Source of the DNA: Octopus sinensis
Lineage: Eukaryota
NCBI RefSeq assembly: GCF_006345805.1
Contig: NC_043005.1
Coordinates: 12,400,001 to 12,464,000 of the forward strand
Length of the DNA stretch: 64,000 bases
Direction: 5' to 3'
Shown here: positions 39,627 through 54,350 of the stretch, one piece after another
Position numbering within the stretch: the first letter of the stretch is position 1
Layout of the letters: each line of letters opens with the position of its first letter
The notes under the pieces: generated by a model
Told to the model about the DNA's origin: nothing
Databases searched by the model: none
What the model saw: the letters and a program-made list of their open reading frames with translations, nothing else
Position numbers and translations under genes: made by a program

Positions 39627-42105
39627 CCCGCATACCAGAGGCCAGCAAGTCTATGGAGTCATCGGGAGAGAATTCTCGTCGTTACGAGGCCTACCTCTCA
39701 ATAGCATCATTGCGCACCGACCCCACCTCACTGAAATGAGGACCCGCATGCTAGATCAACTGTTCATCAAATATAGCTCAATACACTTCTAGCCATCGCT
39801 CGTCTCATTTTAACCAAATCGAGTGGTTTGCCTTTTTTATTGTAGTTCGGATATCACTCATGGTGGTACTTGCTTCATGAAGAGTTAGGCCTAACAATAA
39901 CAACAGTCGCCTCACACTGTGTCCAACTAATCCTCTACGTCCGACTTCGATTCGAAAATGCTCCGCTTTCCAGCCTGCGTCTTTACATTCCTCGAAGAGG
40001 TTTACATTGCGGTCAATCTTTCGAGCCCGAACGGCGTCCATGTTATCTTCATGAAGAACGGTTAACAGACTAGATTCACCAATTTCTTTCTTTCATACCA
40101 TATTATGATATGCAGTTTCTTCGTAATTGGGACAGGAAACAATCCTCGCCCCCCCCCCCCCCGGTAAGTCTGCTTCCACCTCCCAATAACTGTTCCACTT
40201 TTCATCGCTCAAAAGAAGTATCTTCTTTTTGAAACGGATTTGCTGTCCAGAGCGCACGAAGGTAATGGAATCACTGATTGGCTCTTTCAATGCTTTTTTT
40301 GCCACTGTTGAGAAAAATTTGGTTCTTTTATTGCACTGAAGATAACCTTAAGGACCAGATTGTGTCTTCATGTATATCTATTCAATACCAGTGAACAGTT
40401 GTAAAGAATATGTTTCAATGCTCCGATGTTTCCGCATCTGCATATGTCATTTTCTGAGACGTTCCATCTTACTAGATTTCTAGGCGATGACAAGACATCG
40501 TAGGTTAAACGAGTAGTCCACTTACATATCTCATTCCAACTTATCTTTCCCTCAACAACATGTTCCTCCCATTTCGTTATCTGTCCTTCTTGAGCGCATT
40601 GGATCAAATGAAGCTCTCTTCTCTCTCTTTGACACTGTTGCTAACAAGAGATCTGCGTTCGTTCTGCATCATATATGCAAACGGTCTGAACCGATCTGCA
40701 CCAAATCCCAGTCCCTTCCGATGAAGTTGCGTTGCACCTACCATGTCTCGGTGCGTAAGTGATTTCTATATCCATCGACTCTCGCAGCATCATCACCGTT
40801 CGTACATTCCCTAGTTTATAAATGTCGACTATTGACGCCAGTAATAACTGCAACAAGCCTTTTTTTTATGATAGAGAGCTGAACTGTTCAATATCTGAGG
40901 TAGGTGTAGCCACTTTCTGATGAACACATTGCAGTTTTTGTTCAGTGGTTTGAACTCGCGACAGTGTCACCACGTATATTAGAATTGGCCATGAAGGTGC
41001 AGATACAAGCGGAACTGTAATCACTAGCTTTTCTATTTACCTGGTAGCTTTGAGATATCAATTGCTGTTAACTCATCCCCGGCTTGTTTCATAATTTGCA
41101 TCCCACAACTCCTATCTAACAATGTTCTAGCGTATACACGCTCCAAGCCCTTAACGGGTTCTTCCTTGACTGTCGGAATGATTTCTTCAGCTATCTTAAA
41201 CTTAACTTCTTTTTCCACTCCCTAGATAAATGTCAGATTACGCGACTGTTTTGCCCTGAATCGCATCCTTGACTATCTCACAATCTCGTCCAGCTTCAAG
41301 TGGGCACTCTACATTGATTTGTTTCTCTGTCGACAGAAGTGTTACATCATCCATGAAGGCCTTCTTAGGTGATTGTACATGGGCGATTTGCTCCGAAATG
41401 TCTGCTAATTTTAAATCATCTCCAAAACTAGGATTAACCACGGGACACATATTGGGCAGCCAACAGCAATGGCAATCTCTATTCGGTGCCAATCTATTGT
41501 AAAATATCCTGCTGTAAACCTCATCACGAAACTGTCGATTAATTTTGTTACTTTCTCTGGAATTTGGAAATTGTCTATGGCTCTCATCATTAATTCGGGT
41601 GGCACTGAGCCATATACAGTATCTAGATCAAGCCATACCACGTCCAGATATGTCCTGTTCTTTTTGGCATCCTGGATTACTTTTCAAATCGAAAAACCAT
41701 GCTCAACAAATCCGGGGATTCCAGGGATTCGGGCCTGTTGAACGGATTCATCAAGATATCCATTACTGTTCTCCTTCAGAGAATTCCCCTTAAAATATCC
41801 CACCTTTTACGTTCAATAAGGATATCGGCCTAAACTTTTTTAGTCTCCCCATTGGTCTCCTTCGACAGGTATGCGCCTTCCGACTTACACCAATTCTCTA
41901 CAAGAGTTTCTTCGCACCACAGCTGCCGCAGCAGGACAAAAAACTTCTTTTGTAGATGATTGCAATATTTATATATTTTATACGAGACACCATCACCTCC
42001 TGGGGTACTCTTTGCTCTAGCTTTTCTTACAAAATCATTCACCTCTTTCTCCCTAATGACCTCAGTTTGTCATTCGATATCAGGTTCTAGGACATGCTTT
42101 AGCCC
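39622..42105 (-). mobile_element. HERO/NeSL-like RLE non-LTR retrotransposon, 5'-truncated, decayed
   Basis: STPGGDGVSYKIYK, WLDLDTVYGSVP, KAFMDDVTLL (RT); TYDVLSSPRNLVRW..CRCG..LKHILYNC..RYT*RHN (CCHC); ECKDAGW...IEVGRRG (RLE). Confidence 0.85.
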
Positions 42106-42121
42106 ATCTATACATACATAC

Positions 42122-42152
<31 letters not shown>

Positions 42153-42155
42153 CAA

Positions 42156-42239
<84 letters not shown>

Positions 42240-42399
42240 GTCTATGAGAATTACTTAATACAATCTTGAATTATAAAAGTGATAAAATTTTTTTTTAATA
42301 TTATAAACATTTTATCAGGATGTTACTAACCTATTTCGGGAAGAAGTTTGTTTCCTAGTCTGTGAGCGCTCTCGATTAACTTTTTCAAACATAAATATA

Positions 42400-42461
42400 T
42401 ACATACATACATACATACATACATACATACATACATACATACATACAAACATACATGCATG

Positions 42462-42493
<32 letters not shown>

Positions 42494-42892
42494 CATACAT
42501 ACATACATACACACACATATACATACATACATACATACATGCATGCATACATACATACATACATACATACATACATACATACATACATACAAACATACAT
42601 ACATATATACATACATACATACATACATACACACACATATACATACATACATACATACATACATACATACATACATACATACATGCATGCATACATACAT
42701 ACATACATACATACATACATACATACATACATACATACATACATACATACATACATACATACATACATACATACATACACACACATATACATACATACAT
42801 ACATACATACATACATACATGCATGCATACATACATACATACATACATACATACATACATACATACATACATACATACATACATACATACAT
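42400..42892. repeat. (CATA)n microsatellite with periodic CATG/CACA variants
   Basis: Direct reading; source of the MYVC/HTYI pseudo-ORFs. Confidence 0.97.
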
Positions 42893-43330
42893 AGACGCAA
42901 GCATGGCTGTGTGATAACAAGCGGGCTACCTAATCCTACGCTTCAGGGCTCAGTCCCGCAGCGTTGCACATTGAGAAACTGTTTCTACTTATAGCCTTAG
43001 GCCGACCAAAGCCTTGTGAGTGGATCTGGTGAACCGAAACTAAAAGGACCATGAATATATTTGTAAATATAAATATATAATATGTGAGTGTGTGTGTGTG
43101 TGTGTGTGTGTGAGTGTGTGTGTGTGTGTGGGTGGGTGTGTTTGTGTCTTCGTTTGTGCATTTGCCCGTCACTCCCAATATTGCTTGAAAACCGATATAG
43201 CGGTGCATCCGTTCCTGTACCTTAGCAGTTCGGCAAAAAATACCGAGGGAATAAAGTACTGGGCTATAAGGCGCGCTCCAACATAGCCGCAGTCAAATTA
43301 CAGAAATAAGTACAAGAATAGAAGAATAAA
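42893..43330 (+). mobile_element. SINE family 1, strongly diverged
   Basis: ggctcagtccc...ggccgaccaaagccttgtgagtggat...gttcggcaaaa...gctccaacatagccgcagtcaaat. Confidence 0.8.
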
Positions 43331-43358
43331 AGAATATATGTGAGTGAGAGTGTGTGTA

Positions 43359-43425
<67 letters not shown>

Positions 43426-43444
43426 CGTGTATGTATATATATAC

Positions 43445-43485
<41 letters not shown>

Positions 43486-43841
43486 TAAGCATATATATCT
43501 ATGTGTGTATATATATATATTCACATATATATATATGTATGGATTTATATATATACACACACATACACACACACACACATATATATAATAACAAATTAAT
43601 AAATAAAATATATGCATATATACATACATATATGTAAGTACCCACATCTACATGTATATATACATGCATATATGGGTACAGGACACCCAAAAAACGTCGA
43701 ACACAATGAGAAACGAAAACATAAACACAAAACCAAGGAAATGGACATTTTTTCTTAAACAACGAAAAAAATAGAGTACAGGACATACAACACAAGGAAA
43801 ATTCCCCTTCTTCAGTCGCCTCTGTTTCATCTACTCCGCGT

Positions 43842-43972
<131 letters not shown>

Positions 43973-44037
43973 GGTCCCGGGTTGAATCGTGGTTAACCAC
44001 AGTAAATAAGGTACTCATTACATAGCAGAGTAAATTA

Positions 44038-44164
44038 ATTTATTATATAGAAGGAGCTTCTACAGGACTAGAACTGTTTCATTCAAAAGAAATCATCAGG
44101 AAGCGATGATTTCTTTTGAATGAAACAGTTCTAGTCCTGTAGAAGCTCCTTCTATATAATAAAT
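44038..44164. repeat. Perfect palindrome, 60-bp arms with 7-nt spacer
   Basis: 44038-44097 is the exact reverse complement of 44105-44164. Confidence 0.95.
44056..44104 (-). ncRNA. Compact type I hammerhead ribozyme (49 nt)
   Basis: Minus: GCTTC-CTGATGA-TTTC.TTTT.GAAT-GAA-ACAG.TTCTAGTC.CTGT-A-GAAGC; 5-bp stem I, 4-bp stem III, GUA triplet; U.U at the base of stem II. Confidence 0.8.
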
Positions 44165-44604
44165 ATATATATAAATATTTATATATATAAAACTTATGTT
44201 TATGTCAAGTACTCATTATATAAACTACTAATGAATATATGTGCATATGTGAGCAAATTTGTATGTATATACATGACCACATTCTTCCGTTCGGTGAGCA
44301 ATGAGAGGTAATTTACTTTACAGATGAGTTTTAAAGTCGTATAGACATAAAATAACTTTTCTCCTTCTTTTTCTATAGATCCGGTCCTCTCATAGCATTA
44401 TTTGTTATATTAGCAACTATACTAGAGTAAATCAAGTCAAAGAGCATTCGAATTGAGGCTTTATGTACAACAATAGTGTCTTTCAATAAAGGCATGAGAC
44501 CACATATTTTATTTGTTCTTAGTTCTTGATTGAGTTCATTTTCTTGAAATGGGAAGAAATGATATCCCATCCAACATCGGCTCGGTTTGAATACTTTTGT
44601 ATTT

Positions 44605-44770
44605 TATCTTTTACTTGTTTCGGTCATTTGACTGTGGCCATGCTGGGGTACAGCCTTCAAGTGTTTCAAGTTGAAAGAATATAGCCCAGTACTTATTCTA
44701 TCGGTGTCATTTTTGTTCAGTCGCTAATTACGGTGACACCGGTTGTCAGCGGTGGTGGGACACACACACT
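44605..44770 (-). mobile_element. SINE family 1, 3' part
   Basis: ttttacttgtttcggtcatttgactgtggccatgctgg...cagtacttattctatcgg. Confidence 0.75.
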
Positions 44771-44874
44771 GACACAAGCATGCTTGTGTCAGTCTGTGTG
44801 TCAGTGTATGTAAATGTGTGTGTATCAGTATGTGTGTGCGTCAGTGTATGTCCCACACGCACTGATACACATAA

Positions 44875-45105
44875 AGGCGGTGAGCTGGCAGAAACGTTAG
44901 CACGCCGGGCGAAATGCGTAGCCGTATTTCGTCTGCCGTGACGTTCTGAGTTCAAATTCCGCGAGGTCGACTTTGCCTTTCATCCTTTCGGGGTCGATAA
45001 ATTAAGTACCAGTTACGCACTGGGGTCGATGTAATCGACTTAATCCGTTTGTATGTCCTTGTTTGTCCCCTCTGTGTTTAGCCCCTTGTGGGTAGTAAAG
45101 AAATA
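44875..45105 (+). mobile_element. SINE family 2, full length with TSD
   Basis: Flanked by the direct repeat GATACACAT (44864-44872 and 45106-45114). Confidence 0.9.
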
Positions 45106-46529
45106 GATACACATGTATATGTTGAGAAGCAAGCTTCTTTCTACACAGCCGCACCTGGGAATGAAATTGCATTCATATACAATTTGAATAACAGTAGTAT
45201 AGCCACAAGTGTGCGCCAATTCTACAGCATGTTATAGTAGTTTGTAATGGCTATTATTGTAGATTGGTACCTGTTTCATCGACACCCGAAGCATTAAAGA
45301 CGAAGTTACCATCACCAGAAGTTGAACTCGATTTGTAAAAGGACGAAGAAAAATAACACAAAACGTTTCTTCTCACATGATATCTATTCCGCTAATTTAA
45401 CACTCTTTCTCACTCTTTTATACACAGCAATATTAATATCCACTATTGACAAATTCAAATATATATGGTTAACTTTATGTAATTAATTGCATGGTTCTAT
45501 TTGTATTTCTACTTTTGGGATTAGACTGTAAATAGAAATGTTTTAGATATTACAGAATTAATAAATTCAGAAAGTTTTCGCATCAAAAGGAAAGTTGACA
45601 ATGATTTATATATATTTATGTACACATGTCTGTCCATGTGTAGGTAATGTAATAACTAGACTTTAAATATTAGATTTATTAGTAGAGTTCGAACCGTTAA
45701 TATCTACATTTTATGATGTCATAGTTCGACAAACGACAGTTTCCATGTAATCTGAACTCTTCACTTTCAATGTTTTCTATTGCATTATCACAATGTAGTG
45801 AATACTCATTTCACGAGTATTAAATAGTTACAAGTTAATGTTGTTGTTAGCGTGTGTTACTACTGTCGACTCTAGTGTGCCATACTGGCCTAGTGTACGT
45901 AGGTATGAATTACAAAATGAGATCCACAGATTTTATACTCCACTTGTACTGATCATGCTTCATTTGAGTCGAGAGCCACACACCGAAATCCAGTGCGCAG
46001 AGATTGACTTTGTGGAGTACACTACGACTGCAGATACAGTCTTTTGACTGTTGTTCAGTCTATCTGTACACATCTAGATTCCGTAGCAGAACTCAGTAGT
46101 GTTGGGCAACGTGGGGTGGGGGTCAACTAAACTACTGCAGCTGCAGTTTTTTGTACACATGATTGGTAAGGTTCATCCCGATACAGAGTCTGGTAATAAT
46201 GAATCTGTTGATACTGCAGCTATTTCTGTGCACGAGTTTTACTTTCTGTCTACTTGTAGAACAATACTAAGGGGCATACCGCGTTTCAGTTACTCTTGCT
46301 GGTAAGCGCTAATATTTTGTGATTGTATTTGTATGTTTTTCTTTTATAGTGATAGGATCTGTGAAGATCTAAGATTTTTGTAGCAACAACTTATTATTTG
46401 AGCCGTTGTGTATCAGATTGCACTCTTTAGTATTTCTGTTTTATAGTTTACTGGTCGCTGCTCAGAGAGTAGGGGCCTAGGCAAAGATGACATCATGATA
46501 AATTTGATGCACTATTTACATACCATTAG

Positions 46530-46918
46530 TTTAATTTAATTAATGTAATTTAAATTTTATTGGCTCAAAAAGCAGAAGCAAGGCCATGTAAGGGGACAGG
46601 GAGTTATGTACAGGGAGGATGGTCATACAAAGAGTTCAGGTCATTTCCGTTCATGAGAGACTTTGAACCGAGCGGTCGTCGGCATCTTCACTATCTCGTC
46701 CGGCAGCTTATTCCACGAATCCGCAACCACGACGGAGAAAGCCCCTCTCCCTCAATTGAGATGAAATCGTCGTAGATAGAGCTTTTCAGAGTGACCCCGC
46801 AGCCTACGCTCTGGAGCAGGAGTGAAGAACAGCTCTTTCGAGAGGTTACATTTTCCGCTTATGATATTGTGAGCGAGAATGAGATCACCAGGGCGTCGTC
46901 GTTTTTCAAGAGAAAAAA
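46530..46918 (-). mobile_element. CR1-like LINE 3' end
   Basis: Minus translation SLEKRRRPGDLILAHNIISG..LFF....LRGHSEKL....F....AFSVVVADSWNKLPDEIV....FK; AT-rich pentamer tail. Confidence 0.88.
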
Positions 46919-46979
46919 AAAGTGTTTGTTTTGGTTTGTCAAAAATGACATTTGATTTTCATTTATATGTCATTTAAAT

Positions 46980-47222
46980 GCAGTGAGCTGGCAGAATCGT
47001 TACAACGCCAGACCAAATATGTGGCACCATTTCCCCCGGTTTTACGTTTCTGAAATCAAATGCCGCAGAAGTCGACTTTGCCTTTCGTCCTTTCGGAGTC
47101 GATAAAATAAACTTCATTTTAGTGCTGGGATCGATTAAAATAAAGTACCAGTTCAGTAATGGGGACGATGTAATTGACTAAGCCCCTCGGTACAAAATTT
47201 CAGGCCTTCAGTCAACAGAAGA
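46980..47222 (+). mobile_element. SINE family 2, diverged
   Basis: gtgagctggcagaatcgtta...gtcgactttgcctttcgtcctttcggagtcgataaa. Confidence 0.8.
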
Positions 47223-48129
47223 AAGTAGGACAAGTAGGGGGTTTTTGTTATGTAGTAGTCCTTCATCCTATTTCCCTCTGCTGGGCTCATCAAGCGTTTA
47301 TACTGTTCAATGTGATAGCTGATTTTATTTAACATACCATAGTGTTACAGCGAAAAAGGAAAAGAGGTTTTATTATTATTATTATTAAACCAGAAGCCAA
47401 ATATAATCAATGTTTCTAATCAAATGCCAACATTGAGGCTTGTTATATATTTGACGTGGATATATATTTTAATATGTACATTTAATCGTGCATTATATTA
47501 CGTCTTTTTCTAGAAAATCTATGCGAGGATTTAAGAGGAATTTGGTTGAAATTTTCAGCAAATAATAGAAGCCGGTGTATTTGGCAGGTGATACTTTGAA
47601 ACTATTGTCTTTAAAGCCATGGTTCAAAATGAAAAATGAAAAACTGGAATAGTTGTATAGTAGTGAAGATGAGAGTGTCATGTCAGACAGATTGTGTTAG
47701 GTAATGGCTAAAATAAATGTATGAGATGAAGGATCGTTTTTGGTATTCCATTCGGTAGATAGTAAATTCTGGAAAAGTTATTTTGTGTTTAATTTATATA
47801 GTTATGGAAACCTCACACGTAGCTTGATAGCTACTATTTCTTTTTTAAAAAATAATACTGTTGTAACGTGTTGTTTCTCCATGCATGGTCGAGTATTTTA
47901 AATCTCGATAAATAGCGCGGAACATTTGAGATTTTTCTAATGTCAATAGTTGTTTCAAATATCTTTACATGTTTGTTGTTGCTATCTTCGTTGTTATTGT
48001 TGTTCTATCTGGTGTTGAAATTCCTGTCCTCTGTAGCCCTGTGTCATGTTGAGTATTGTGGTGATAGATTAAACAACCCGACAAGTATTTAGTTGTCAAG
48101 ACGTTTTTATCTGATTTTGAAGGATTTTT

Positions 48130-49150
48130 GGTATGGGATCTACTTTTTATCATCACATCTAGATATCAAGAAACCCAACCATCCTCAACTCATCGGTTTG
48201 TGATATGCGCAGATTTTAAAAAATGCTTTATTTTCTCATGGTACAACAAAGTGGATACACCAAATATTTGTGCTTTTGATGCATATAGAACAGCAGAATC
48301 AGAGAAAAGTATTGGATGGTCAAAGAATATCAGCAGCGAACATGAGTTCCAGACTTTTTGACATGGTTAAAGAGCCTTAAGTTGAAAATCATTTGAAAAG
48401 CCTTAAGTTGAAAATCGTTTTACCTACGCTCCATATGAAACTTGGCATTATGAAGCACTTTGTTAAAGATGAATCGTGCTTTCACTATATCTACCGCACA
48501 TTTCCCATCTGAGCAGTGACCAGATAAAAGCTGAACTATTTTATGAGCCTCAAATCAGATAACTGATGCAAGATGGGAACTTTGTAAATTCCATGAAGAA
48601 CTTCATTTTTAATAGCTGTAAATTACGTCCTCGGCAACAAGAAAGCGGCCAACTGGGCTGAAATATTCGGTAAGGTGCTGAGGAAAATTCAAAAGTTGGG
48701 AGTAAATATCTGCATAAAGTTGCACTCTCTACAGTCGCCTGGATAATTAGCTCGAAACTCTTGGTGACAAAAGTGACGATCAAGTTGAGCGTTTCTATCC
48801 GGACGCAAAATCAATAGATCAAAAGTATCAAGGATGATGAGAGCGGATGGTGGATTATTGCTGGGGGTGTGGCTCGTTATTGTCCTTTGGTTCAGCACTT
48901 AAGAGATTCATCCAAACACAAATTCATGGGAAATTAAGCATAAGCAATGATGTAATTTTTTAATAGAATTTAAAGAAAGCATTCTGGTTTCGAAGAAAAA
49001 CCAATTTCTATGTATGTTTGTATGTTACTCTTTATTCTTCATAACCATTATTGAAAGAAAACCGATGAAATGTTATGGATTCAGTATCTTAAAATCTTGA
49101 CGTCATGATAACAAATGGATGTCATTTTCAGATTCTCTGTGTCAAAACCT
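48130..49150 (+). mobile_element. Sola2-like DNA transposase remnant
   Basis: Frameshifted motifs VICADFK, LPTLHMKLGIMKHFVK, LSSDQIKAELFYEPQIR.LM, VLGNKK and LGDKSDDQVERFYPD correspond to the LPPLHIKLGLMK / EGIFVGPQIR / SDEQGERFHQD consensus. Confidence 0.7.
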
Positions 49151-51037
49151 CCTAGCTTATGACTAAATTCTTTGACTTTCATGTATGGTTTTCACCTCAA
49201 TTGGGGCATGTTAAGTACAGCTGAAGTAGAGCATTTGTGAATAACGTTTTTCTTTTCTTTTTGCTAGTCTGTGTTATATTCGTCGGTATTTATACAGGAA
49301 ATTGCATTAGTAAATGTTTTACTTTATTACCCCAATTAAGAGTTTTATTACATTAGTTTTAGTGTCCAGAGGGCCATGAAGGGTTTGTATGATACCACAC
49401 CACTGAAGTTGTTGTTTTTTTTCCGAATATCAGTTTTCAGATTCTTAAAATTTAACAGCATGTTTAACAGATATCTTTCTGAATGCTGTTACTTAAACTT
49501 AAACCAAAACTGCGATCAAAGCATTCCGGGCATGACTTTCCCGCTATTCTCTATCTCCCGAGTATCAGAGCAGGGGCATCCATACATTTATTTAAGATGA
49601 TAGTGTAAAATTTGAGTAAGATTTAGCCGCGCATTTCTACAAAGGCCAAAAGACAACATGAAAACTCTCTCATTTATTTGTATTAAGAATCGTTCTAGTT
49701 ACAGTTGGGCAACCTTTTTCAAGAAATAGGTTACACCATCAGGTGAGTCAAATTACCAAAAAGAATCATCCCGATAATCTTTCGTTAGGCGTGCCATTCA
49801 CAAATTCCGTGGGCTGCAGTTTTCCCATCACTGTTGTATATATTTGAGACTTTAATTATATGATGTATTTTAATACCTAAGACTATGACTTTGTCAAACC
49901 GAGAAACGGGTGGATAATTATATTTTTACTATTCTTTTTGTTTGTTGGTGATGTTTTTCCAAATGGATGGAATGAAAATTGAGTAATTTCAACCGTGTTT
50001 CGTGGTCTGCTACCACAACAGCTCTTTTATAGGATCCAGTTAGCTCAAGACATCATCAGAAGGAACCACGTCCGGTTTCGGCCCCTACTCCTCTACCGTT
50101 TTGACGTGGCGCCCCCGCCTTCGGAGCTGTCTTCAGCTCTGGTGTTGGGTGCATGTCTTCCTTCTTCTTCATTCTTCTCTTCCCTTAAGAGTTATATATC
50201 ATTATAATTTTAGTAGTTATATGATTCTTGTTAAATGTCTGATGACAGCTTTTGCTAATTGTTAGACATATTCTAATATATGGTGTGGAAGACGTTATTG
50301 TTGATATTATCAATACTACTAATTATATTTCCAATACGTAACCGTTTGTTTTACGTATTATATTGAATATAAACGACACCAATTTATCTTCTGCAGTTTA
50401 TTGTATGTTATTTCACAGTGTAGCATTTTGATGCTGCGATACACATGTGGTAGAACGGACTCCAAAGGAATTTCACAACAGGTGGCAAAGAGCAATGGTA
50501 AAAAAGAGTCGGCGTAATTTGCTTGGTGAAATAACTGCGCGGGTGGCGTCTACTTTGGATGCCAGTTGTGATATTTTGGGCATCGAAAGTTATCTGGGCT
50601 GTGTTTATGCTTGAATCAGTTTATTTAATCACATTTTTGTCATGTAAGGACTTTTAGCGTGTACTAAGATATCGTGAATGGAGAAGTATAAATGGATAGG
50701 CTGTGTATATATTCGTGTAACGTGCGTCTGTATTTATATGTATACGGATAGAGTTGTAGATACATATATATTTATGTAAATATGTGAGTATATGTGCGAG
50801 CATGTTATTAACTGTAGAAGGCGACAAAATACATCCCATGCATTGGATGCTTTTAATTTATTCGAAGCTGAGGAAAGAGTGCATTTGAAAAAGGGGCATA
50901 ATCGAATGAATACATGCTTTGGTAGTTGCATAAATACCAATACACACACACATATGGCTATAGAGTGAAATTGTGTGAGTAATTGCATGTGCATGCGTAA
51001 GTTTGTATGTGTGTGTCCATATGTGTGTATGTGTGTG

Positions 51038-51068
<31 letters not shown>

Positions 51069-52191
51069 TCTGCATCATTATTCGTAGAATTGGATTTAAA
51101 AGATGGCTCGATAATATACGGCACGCTACACAATCTCATCCGTGAGTAAATATATACATATATATATATATATATATATGTATGTTTTTTATACTTTATA
51201 TATATATATATACATATTATACATATATATATATATATATATATACATATATATACATATATATACATATATATATATATATATACATACATATATATAT
51301 ATGTGTGTGTGTATGTGTGTGTGTATGTCTGCATGTATGAATGAATATAAACAGAGATGCGTATAAATGTTTATAAATTAATACATATGTACGGATGTGT
51401 ATATGCCTGTGTGTGCGCGCGCCTGTTCGTGTTTTCACGTGCACTTGTGGGTATATGTAAATGTCGATAGATCCATACACTACACAGAGATATACGCAGT
51501 TCAGTAATGCAAAAAATAATATATATATATATATATATGATCAGCAGCAAAGAAAATGAAACACGAGAATCTTCAATTTTCGAATTTTGTTTTCGCTTTG
51601 TTTTTTTCTTCTTCTTTTTCCTTCACATTATTCAAATCGAAATTCGATATACTTAGGTGACTTAATAACCAGGAAATTGTATCTTTATTTGTTTCTTTAT
51701 TTTTTCCCCCTTCCACAAATATTTTTTTTCTCATAAGAACAGGGCAACGAAACTATGTAACGATCAATGTTTATTCCATTACCTACTTATACTAGTTGCA
51801 TCTAGTTCATCTGTTAATTGAAGAATGCAGCTGTTAATGGCGTTAATCAATGTGTAGTAACGAGAAATAATGTATTTCAAGAGGATATTAAATGATTAAC
51901 CTTGTTGATTCAGCACATTAGGAATTAGTTACAGATGTTTCTGGAAACTTATTTTGAAGAGACATTTACTTATAGAGAATGGAATTAGAAGGAAACGAAC
52001 ATAATTTCAAACACTGCACTGCTTTTAATGATATTATACATAAACGTATTTAGACTTGGAAATTCGTTCATTCACATTGGTATTATAAATATGTATTAAT
52101 ATGGTTGGGAAGCATGTGTATGCGTATATGCAAACATTAACACTCTCGCTCACATACATACATAGATTTATATACATATGCACATATATAC

Positions 52192-52224
<33 letters not shown>

Positions 52225-52318
52225 CATATTATACATATATATATATATATATAATATATATATTATATATATTATATATATATATATATACACATATATA
52301 TATATATACATATATATA

Positions 52319-52349
<31 letters not shown>

Positions 52350-52416
52350 ACATATATATATACAATATATATATTACATATATATATATTATATAATATA
52401 TATAACATATATATAT

Positions 52417-52491
<75 letters not shown>

Positions 52492-52494
<3 letters not shown>

Positions 52495-52892
52495 CGCAGG
52501 AGTGGCTGTGTGGTAAGTAGCTTGTTTACCAACCACATTGTTCCGAGTTCAGTCCCACTGCGTGGCTCCTTGGGAAAGTGTCTACTACTATAGCCTCTGG
52601 CCTACCATAGCCTTGTGGGTGGATTTGGTTGACGGAAACTGAAAGAAGCCCATCGTATATATGTATATACATGTATGTATGTGTGTGTATATGTTTGTGT
52701 GTGTCTTTCTTTGTCCCACCAACATGGTTTGACAGCCGATGCTGGTGTGTTTACGACCCTGTAACTTAGCGGTTCGGCAAAAGATACCTGTAGAATAAGT
52801 ACTAGGCTTCCAAAGAATAAGTCCTGGGGTAGATTTGCTCGGCTAAAGGCGGTGCTCCAACATGGCCGCAATCACATGACTGAAACAAGTAA
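52492..52892 (+). mobile_element. SINE family 1
   Basis: Full head-to-tail match to 10661-11077. Confidence 0.92.
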
Positions 52893-52909
52893 GCGACTAT
52901 ATGTGCATC

Positions 52910-53232
52910 TAAAGACTCCGCCGGTTACGACGACGAGGGTCCCAGCTGATACGATCAACGGAACAGCTTGCTCGTGAAATTAACGTGCAAATGGCTGAGC
53001 AGTCCACAGACACGTGTACCCTTAACGTAGTTCTCGGGGATAATCAGCGTGACACAGAGAGTGACAAGGCTGACCCTTTGAAATACAGGTACAACTCATT
53101 TTTGCCAGCTGAGTGGACTGGAGCAACGTGAAATAAAGTGTCTTGCTCAAGGACACAACGCGTCGCCGGGAATCGAACTCACAACCTTACGATCATGAGC
53201 CGAATGCCCTAACCACTAAGCCACGCGCCCTC
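52910..53232 (-). mobile_element. tRNA-derived SINE family 3 with CORE-like block
   Basis: Minus: TGGCTTAGTGG (A box), GAGTTCGATTC (B box), then gtgtccttgagcaagacacttt. Confidence 0.85.
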
Positions 53233-53475
53233 ACTATATGTGCATACGCACGCACACACACACACACGCACACACACACACATATATATATTTATTTATT
53301 TATTTATTTATTTATTTATGTTTGTCTGTGTGTGATCATCTTCTCATTTCCTCTGTTTTGATTATTCACCTGTTCCCAACATCCACCACACCGATGAATC
53401 TCTGTATTTTACTACTCTGCCTGTGTTCTAGCTCTTTGTGGAAAGTTTCATCATTCCACATCTCTAACTCTCTCC

Positions 53476-53532
<57 letters not shown>

Positions 53533-53718
53533 ACTCTTTACTGCTATCGCTTTTTCTCCTCTTCATTTCAGGTGTTGTCTCTACGTCTCTACCACTATGA
53601 CATCAACTGATTTAAATCACTGAAGCAGGAAGTCAAAATTTGTATTCGAATAATTGGTTCGAATTAATGTCAAAAACAAATTAGACCTCCTGATGTAGTA
53701 CTATCTAGCTATTTATCA

Positions 53719-53767
<49 letters not shown>

Positions 53768-53863
53768 CTATCTATCTCTCTATCTCTCTCTCTCTATCTC
53801 TCTCTTCTCTATTCTCTCTCTCTCTCTCTCTCTTCTCTCTATATATATATATATATATATATC

Positions 53864-53916
<53 letters not shown>

Positions 53917-53940
53917 TATACATATATACATATATATATA

Positions 53941-54350
53941 CACGAGCAAAACGCACCCCCGTTCAATGGACGGTGCTGAGTCGTCCAACTTTTAAACCAA
54001 ATTTTCTCAAACTACTTGTCCGAACGTCCCATAGGCCTCCTCTTTGAGAAAAAATGATTTAACATAAATTTGAGACACCAGCAAAAGAAGAAATAAAGAC
54101 TATTTTCTCGCGTACGCGTAGTATCGATCGCAACAGCTGACGTACTTGCGCGTTCAAATGCACGTTCCCACGGCTTTAACGATCGCATTCTCACCTCGAA
54201 TCGATTTTGATAATTTTTTCAAGAATTATACACGCCCGGATACCGTCGGTATTTACAAATCAAATTTGAGCGCAAGCGGATTGGGGATGCCCGAGATCCT
54301 AGGAGACACACATACAGACAGACAGAACGGATTTTGTATAACAGTTATAT
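53941..54350 (-). mobile_element. Probable non-autonomous Helitron-like element (second family)
   Basis: Minus 3' hairpin GCACC...GGTGC followed by CTCG; a TCTG/TG tract near the 5' end, as in the 17867 family. Confidence 0.5.

Noticed and set aside
42315-42994. Long ORFs of [12 protein letters not shown] repeats here and at many other positions
   Set aside because: Translations of (CATA)n, (TA)n and (CA)n microsatellites that lack stops by composition.
45838-46495. Possible solo LTR (also 49861-50380)
   Set aside because: TG...CA-like ends are ambiguous; no TSD, PBS or second copy in the window.
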